Source: Paraspadella gotoi (taxonomy: Eukaryota; Animalia; Chaetognatha). Taken from it: a DNA stretch of 64,000 nt. This document shows, one piece after another, positions 61,723 through 64,000 of this stretch. The stretch lies in NCBI GenBank assembly GCA_051294375.1, contig CM119264.1:26570008-26634007 (forward strand). Reading direction: 5' to 3'. Position numbers and translations under genes: made by a program. The notes under the pieces were generated by a model that saw only the letters and a program-made list of their open reading frames with translations, was not told the DNA's origin and did no database searches. How positions within the stretch are numbered: the stretch's first letter is position 1; each line of letters opens with the position of its first letter.

Positions 61723-64000
61723 TAGTTTTCGAGTTTCTTTTGATCTCACCAAACATCGGGTGCTGAACAATTACTGGCCAACAAGAGAGGCTCTTATCAA
61801 ACTTTGGATTAAGTTATTCATTAACTTCAACTTAGTTTTAAATTCCATGACATTTATAACGAAAAACATAAGAAATCAAAAGTAGAACAATGATTTTTTT
61901 TTTTTTTTACGTTTACTTTTAAAGCGTCGCATTTGTCTCTGTCACCTCTCTATTATACTCATCTCTTCCCTGTTATCACTCTTCTCTCATTCAAATTTTC
62001 GTCACATCACCTTCTCATCTTCTTTCCCCTCCGCTCCATGACCGCGCGGCCGATCCGTTATTATGACGCACCAAACATTTCTTATCGTCTTCGCGTCCAT
62101 ACGCAGTGCGCACGCGAGGGGCGGACGTCGAGTGCGACTTCGAACCCGAAATGACGTCATCGTCGCGGTGACGACCGAGTCGCGCGACCGTGTCGAGATG
62201 GAGGGAAAGAGGGCGTGATGTGGTGTTTACAAAGTTACGTTGCATTATTAATAATTATAATAAATAATTAAAACGATGTTTTTTTTTGGTTTAATTAATA
62301 GTAATGTTTCTTTTCTCTCTTCTTACATAATTAGTTTTTTTTCTTCGTCCGAATTCAAGATCCCGAAACGATTGTCCTTTGTTTCTGCGCCGCCGGCGGA
62401 GAAACAAAAGAACAAAGACGTATTAAATATTGATAAGAAATTCTTTACAGACTCGAGGAGGGAAAGGGTGAGCGGGTTGGAAAGAAGATAGGAAGAAGAT
62501 AGGAGAGAAAGATGAGAGTCTAGAGATTGTGAGACATATATTTTTAAATGTTGTATTTTTTTTGTATAGTTATTTTTGTTAATGATTAGCGCGACCGGCG
62601 AAAGGCGATGTAGTGGAGGAGGCTGCGGTGCGGTACGTTGCAGTGCGTGCAGTGCGGTGCGGTGTGGTTACGGTGCACGTTGTTGACGTCGAGTGAGGCA
62701 GAGATATTTAATTATGACGGGGATGAGATGATGAACGAGTGATGGTGATGTGAATGTCAGGAGAAGTGATAAGACGAGGGAAACGGTGATGCGACCGGGC
62801 CGATAGGATTAGAGAGGAAGGGGAACGAAGGGGTAGGAGAGAAAATCGGCGCTCAGAGACAGGCCGTGGAAATGGCGCCCGGAGACGCCGGCGGCGGGAC
62901 AAACCCTAATTGCGACTCCTTATTCGATTAAAAGGTTATGGATGAGAGGAGGAAGCGGCGGAGGCGGAGTCGAGAGCGGCGGCTGCAGCAGCGGCGGCGG
63001 CGGCGGGGATCTGTCGCTCGTGGGAGTGTGGATAGGCGATCATTTCATCATAGTTTTTATCATTATAACATATCCAATGTTGAAATGTTGTTGATATCTT
63101 TATCAACTTATCAATAATGTTGATATGTTGATAATTATAAAAACTATGAAACAACTTCAACATTTTACAAATTTGTCATTTTAACCCTACATCTTCGTAT
63201 TTGTCACTATTTTCTCCTTCATCATCGTCATCCTTGCATTCATCTTCGTCTTGTCATTGTCGCTCTTCGCGCGCAGGTGGCGCAGCCGAAGTGAAGCGCT
63301 GCAAATCTCGCCAAGCGACGTGATTCGAGTGATTTTCTTATCGAGATGAGGGAGGAGAGAGAGATGAGAGAGAGAGGAGAGAGATGAGAGTAGAGAGAGA
63401 GAGAGAGAGAGGAGAGAGAAGAGAGAAGAGAGAGAGAGAGAAGAGAGAGAAGAAGGAGAAGGAGAGAAACTTTCCTTGGTGCCGCACCCTACTTTTGCAG
63501 GTTGCCGGCACACTTGGCAAACTATTCTTATTCGTAAATTAGATAATAGAAAGGAAGAGAGAAGATTATAATTGTTATACAGAATAAATTTATTAGTTCA
63601 TTAAATCATTTCTTTTTGGGGGGGTTATGCTTTTAGTATTGGCTTTTTAGTTTTCTGCTTTTGGGCTTTTGGCGTTGATTAATCTTCCATTTATTGACGA
63701 CCATGCTTGGCCAGTCGGCCTTTGCCATATCTCGAGCAGCCATTGGCCTTTTTTCCGCATGTTAACGGACGTTGTTTTTTTTGGCCTTTTGGATTGGCTC
63801 TTAGCGGTTGTCGTTGTCGTCGGCTCGGCTTCGGCATATCGTAACGCGAGGCCTGAGATTTGCTTGGTTAGGGTTTGCGCCGAATAGTATTAGGGGTAGA
63901 GGGTTAAGGAGCTCATGGATCGATGTCAATCCTAACGAGGCACGAGTTTGGGCTCAGGAAGAGATCACGTAGGGTTAGGACTGGATCATAAATAGGATGT

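Noticed and set aside
63867-63980. True telomere
   Set aside because: Only scattered, degenerate TTAGGG-like hexamers.

Overview
Repeat-rich eukaryotic (very likely metazoan) draft-scaffold window, not prokaryotic. The first 15.8 kb is a retroelement cluster. It holds a frameshift-riddled BEL/Pao pol (410-4039) and a near-intact minus-strand Ty3/Gypsy element of CsRn1 type (4422-10684) with two LTRs, PBS, PPT, CHCC gag, a -1 frameshift signal and an intact pol. It ends with a near full-length Jockey/I-group LINE (about 10994-15795) that terminates in a stem-loop and (TC)20. Both Gypsy LTRs carry an antisense tRNA-like cassette with RNA Pol III A and B boxes, the most unusual signal here. The rest is mostly microsatellite-rich non-coding DNA. 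It includes two minus-strand cyclophilin exons (27317-27439, 28123-28339), a 1.1-kb TRIM-like LTR element with a 4-bp TSD (58672-59768) that interrupts an unidentified coding-like stretch, and several minisatellites. Two multi-kb tandem duplications look like gap-filling artefacts. Many indels probably reflect uncorrected long-read sequence, so pseudogene calls are provisional. Nearly all short ORFs after 16 kb are microsatellite or N-gap artefacts.
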